Below are positions 16,401-18,898 of a DNA stretch of 18,898 nucleotides, piece after piece (positions within the stretch are counted from its first letter, which is position 1; the number at the start of each line of letters is the position of its first letter). The position numbers and the translations under genes are program-made. The notes beneath the pieces were generated by a model. That model did not search any database. It saw only the letters and a program-made list of their open reading frames with translations, and was not told where the DNA came from. Source of the stretch: Armatimonadota bacterium (lineage in GTDB: Bacteria; Armatimonadota; Zipacnadia; Zipacnadales; UBA5352). The stretch covers positions 1 through 18,898 of the forward strand of contig JAYENL010000303.1 in NCBI GenBank assembly GCA_034722055.1, in the 5' to 3' direction.

Positions 16401-16599
16401 TGGTCTGCGCTGGGGTGGCCTGCGGATTCCCGAGCAGCGTGAAGCCGTCGGCGACGCCGGCGTCCTGCCAGACGTCCTCATCGAGTCGCCCGTCGATGAC
16501 AGGCGGCGGCCCCGAGAGAGCCGTGGAGCGCACTTCAGGCTCCTGGGCGGCGCAGTGTGCGGCTGTGAGCGTCGCTGCGACCATGATGGCGACGAGCAT
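13495..16599 (-). CDS. Secreted GH123-like / DUF4091-domain glycoside hydrolase with N-terminal CBM9-like domain and internal CBM4/9-like insert
   Basis: GGAGGG SD before ATG 16599; signal peptide. CBM9-like PPVIDGRLDE; GH123-like AANEREAAQV, AGTYRG, VWDFALP, YTIDEP, WAYVC and GFLYW; DUF4091-type GDGSLIYPG...SSIRWELNRDGVEDYD. Confidence 0.85.
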   Translation of the reverse strand: MLVAIMVAATLTAAHCAAQEPEVRSTALSGPPPVIDGRLDEDVWQDAGVADGFTLLGNPQATPAQTTRVRITHDDATLFVAWECAEDTMDEIVGTMTEHDAPVWSEDCVELFVSPAHDGSGYYHLLVNPLGTLRDERGKEETWESNARAAATREDDRWLVELALPLASMQLPPGVDEHWRMNFTRHRLPREELSTWAPLPGENFHQPEQFGHLRGLDADFAPLLRAQALQRVAHVQAELAALRREALPHEEIALGRVALGRAQRLSGDAGELAATLRAEPETEETPTLVTQVDQLREEAQRLARLVARLPLAAAAGTRGYVISQASTMQKIPPDAAFAGQPAQSVEIALAANEREAAQVVIVPAGRALQEVAVSVSDLSGPAGATIPAGEIEVTRAAYVTVTQSTSKAPLGPGRLPDPLVAAEPFDVPEGEVRSVWLTVHTAADQPAGTYRGTITIDPSDAEPLQVPLTARVWDFALPRTPWLRTCYGLGFNVSSFYPNVNPGPGRPPQWNAGAWTGADVEGRPNYFGDMEFTAAFDQEHRHGGRNSVRVTITHAERGTHEAPRFCYYTDPMPLEPGGEYIFELWYRTAPGEDTRAAWWMPEGGAGDLPPTDGEWRQASARFTMGEAENTRLYLRTFEVGSVWFDDARLSPADDPERNLLPNPGFEMGQFTPDSIMRAYRDNCLLHRCSPEGMGSPRISTAEDGTISIDWSEFDAGIERAIDLGLTAFNIRWCRLPSGWGTVEGWEEEPTPEQRRQIQRATELLQRTEAHLAERDWHRLGYIYTIDEPGAKAFDAVKQAFGLVDEVAPKLKTLLTYGYGASRPIEPGNPRYAELAGFVDIHVPHSDCFEPIYLEQRRQAGDEIWAYVCISAQRPWLNNWAIDYPGTDHRILFWQLFQHEITGFLYWRITYWQEDPWENPMTYPGGNGDGSLIYPGEDGPVSSIRWELNRDGVEDYDMLAMLSAAADELEARGERAAAERARAALGFPAVTTDWTEYTQDPSVVAAHRQGVAAALEDALRRLGRRSIEPPHSIDR

Positions 16600-16648
16600 C
16601 GATCATCCCTCCACTGCAGTGCATCGCTCAGCGATGGGTCGCGCCGTG

Positions 16649-18733
16649 TCAGCGCGGCTCGAGCGCGATGATGCGGCCGGCGGCGTCGGCGACGAACACG
16701 CGCTCGCCGGCGCAGGCCGGCGATGCGAAGACGTAAATGTCCCTGGTAGCGCGATACTGCGCCAGGACCCGCCCGGTGGCGGCGTCCATGCCGCTGAGGA
16801 TGCCCGTGTTGGACGCCACCCAGACGCGCCCTCCAGCCTCCGTGGGCGGCGCGGCCACCGCGCCGGTGGACACTTCGGCGCTCCACACGACGCTCCCATC
16901 CTCCGCGCGCTTGCTGACGCGGCCATCGGTGTGCCTGACGTAAACGTGACGGCCGTCGGCGGCCGCCGCCACGGCCACGCACTTGCTCTCCTGGCTGAGG
17001 CGCCGGCCGGACACCGCGTCCAGCAGCGTCAGCCGGTAGGCGCGGTCGGCGACGAAGAGCATCCGGCGGGCGAGAGCGGGGGCGCAATCGGCCGGGCTGT
17101 AGTAGCGCGCGACGAAGCCCTCCCGGTCGCTGCCGGCGCTGCGCTGGCGCCAGTGCAGCTCCCCGGTGGCAAGGTCGATGCAGTAGACGAAGCAGTCCCA
17201 GGCGCCGGCGTAGACGCGGGCGCCGCCCACCGCCACGCCGGACTCGATGGCGTACTCCGGCGCCTCGCACTGCCAGGCCGGCTCGCCAGTGTCGGCGTTA
17301 AGCGCCAGGACCGAGCCCCCGTTCGTGGGGCAGATTACGCGGTCGCCGATCACCAGCGGTGAGGCATATATCGGCGCATCTGCCGCGTGGAACCAGCGCG
17401 TGCGACCATCCGGCTCCAGGCACAGGACCGTGCCGCCGGCGGAGGCGACGTAGATCCGCTCGCCGCGCGGGCCGACGGCCGGGGAGCCGCGTACCTCGCC
17501 CGTCATCCCCTTCCGCCAGCGCAGCTCGCCGGTCGCGGCGTCGATGGCCGAGACCGATCCGTCATTCGAGCCCACCACGAGCGCGCCGTCCACCACCGCC
17601 GGCGTGGACTGGCAGGACCCGGGAAGCTGGTGCGTCCAGGCGATGCGCAGATCGCCCGAGTCTACCCAGAACGAGACGGTGCGACTGGTGGACCTTCCGC
17701 CCGCGTCGGTGACCTCCAGGCGCAGCACGTGGGCGCCTGGCTCCAGGTCCTCCGCCGTCAGGTCGGCCGTCCACGCGCCGTTCTCCGGGCTCATCGCCCC
17801 GCTGACCTCGCCGTCCAGCAGCCAGGTGCCTACGGTGACCGGCTTGTCGGAACGCGCGCCCAGGTGCCACCGCAGGGGGTCATCGGCTCTCAGCACTGCG
17901 CCATCGGCCGGCTCCACTGAGGTGATGACCAGCGGCGGTGGCGCCTCCACGATAGGCTTCTCCAACAGCGCAACGGTCTCCGACTCGGGTGCCAGATGCC
18001 GGTGGCAGACGCGCAGGATGCCGTCGCGGATGGAGACGATGCCGTAGCCCCGGCGCTTCCCCCAGGTGCTGCCGCCCATCACGGTGTCGAGGCCCTCGAT
18101 CCGCCAGGCGCGGGCGGAGTGCCCGTGGCCCACCAGCACCAGGATGGTGTTGTGCGCGCGGAGCCGGTCGAGCAGCCGGGCGAGATCGTAGGCGCCTGCG
18201 AACTCCCGGCCCTCCAGGGGATGGTGGCAGAAGAGGATGATGGGCTGGCCGGCTGGAGCTCTCGACAGGACGTCATCGAGCAGCGCCAGACCCTCGGTGG
18301 CGATTGAGGGCCGTGGGTCCTGGGGCGTGGCCGTGTCCAGGCCGATGAAGAGCACGCCTGCGCGCTGGAAGGCGTAGAGTGCCGATCCGTGCAGCGCCCG
18401 GAGCCGCGGCCGGCCGCACTCCCAGGTGTTGTCATGGTTGCCGAGCTGGTGGTAGAGCGGCAGGTCGATGGAGTCCCACAGGCCCATATACTGCTCCCAC
18501 CAGCCGGCGCCGCCGCTGAACTCGTTCAGATCGCCGACGACGATACCGAAGGCCGGCGGATCGGCGGTGATGCCCCAGGGCTCGAGGAGCACCGGCTCGC
18601 CGACGGGCAGCGCCGCCACCACCTCCTGGGTCTCGCTGAGCGCGTGGGGGACATGGGGATCGGCGATCTGCAGGAAGGTGATGTCCTCCACGGCCCACAC
18701 GGCAGTGACGGTGAGAAGCGCGAGGACGACCAT
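16649..18733 (-). CDS. Calcineurin-like metallophosphoesterase fused to an Ig-like domain and PQQ-like beta-propeller repeats (start approximate)
   Basis: Metal motifs DPH, GDLNE, GNHD, HHP and GHGH; C-terminal repeats of S(T/S)PAV...GS.DG...A.DA.TGE..W. The hydrophobic MVVLALLTVTAVWA suggests a start near ATG 18733, although the frame stays open to the window edge. Confidence 0.85.
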   Translation of the reverse strand: MVVLALLTVTAVWAVEDITFLQIADPHVPHALSETQEVVAALPVGEPVLLEPWGITADPPAFGIVVGDLNEFSGGAGWWEQYMGLWDSIDLPLYHQLGNHDNTWECGRPRLRALHGSALYAFQRAGVLFIGLDTATPQDPRPSIATEGLALLDDVLSRAPAGQPIILFCHHPLEGREFAGAYDLARLLDRLRAHNTILVLVGHGHSARAWRIEGLDTVMGGSTWGKRRGYGIVSIRDGILRVCHRHLAPESETVALLEKPIVEAPPPLVITSVEPADGAVLRADDPLRWHLGARSDKPVTVGTWLLDGEVSGAMSPENGAWTADLTAEDLEPGAHVLRLEVTDAGGRSTSRTVSFWVDSGDLRIAWTHQLPGSCQSTPAVVDGALVVGSNDGSVSAIDAATGELRWRKGMTGEVRGSPAVGPRGERIYVASAGGTVLCLEPDGRTRWFHAADAPIYASPLVIGDRVICPTNGGSVLALNADTGEPAWQCEAPEYAIESGVAVGGARVYAGAWDCFVYCIDLATGELHWRQRSAGSDREGFVARYYSPADCAPALARRMLFVADRAYRLTLLDAVSGRRLSQESKCVAVAAAADGRHVYVRHTDGRVSKRAEDGSVVWSAEVSTGAVAAPPTEAGGRVWVASNTGILSGMDAATGRVLAQYRATRDIYVFASPACAGERVFVADAAGRIIALEPR

Positions 18734-18799
18734 GCTTGTGCGGATGAGGGCGACGAGGGCACTCGGTGCTTGGTTGCCTGGCAGATGTGTGGCGCGACT

Positions 18800-18898
18800 G
18801 GTGGAGGGGCCGCCGGGCGCGTAGCGCCCGGTGAGGCCTGTAAGCGTAGCGAACAGGCCGAAGGTTCCACCCCGGCCCACGCCTTCAGCGAGGGTGGG
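18800..18898. other. Cluster of hairpins, two capped by GC-GTA-GC, enclosed by an outer stem
   Basis: ccgggcgc-gta-gcgcccgg (18813-18831) and ggcctgt-aa-gc-gta-gc-ga-acaggcc (18835-18859) lie inside ggtgga (18800-18805) / tccacc (18866-18871). A further cccac...gtggg hairpin occupies 18876-18898. Confidence 0.55.

Noticed and set aside
18790..18898. tRNA, tmRNA or riboswitch at the right edge
   Set aside because: CTCCACCA is present on the minus strand, but there is no TTCGA T-loop, D-arm or anticodon arm, and I could not match a riboswitch consensus.

Overview
This is a GC-rich (~70%) bacterial window; the gene content resembles glycan-degrading lineages such as Armatimonadota or Planctomycetota (inference). 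Most of it encodes carbohydrate-related proteins: a partial beta-propeller hydrolase-like gene, three very large secreted modular glycoside-hydrolase-like proteins, a LamG lectin-like protein, an FG-GAP/Ca-blade propeller, SDR and Gfo/Idh/MocA oxidoreductases, a VOC-fold protein, and a metallophosphoesterase fused to a PQQ-type propeller. The most unusual part is 1419-2292. There a lower-GC four-helix-bundle gene (23S_rRNA_IVP/TIGR02436, Avd-like) and a small conserved-looking ORF are bracketed by inverted arrays of a 7-bp repeat (AGCNNCA on the left, TGNNGCT in three right-hand tracts). The best-placed start of the four-helix-bundle gene is out of frame and joins the coding frame at a lambda G/T-type slippery heptamer, G_GGA_AAG. 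Intergenic regions also contain a dispersed REP-like palindrome family linked to an AACGAC motif, and the right edge has a cluster of GCGTAGC-capped hairpins. No rRNA, tRNA, CRISPR array, transposase or integrase was found.
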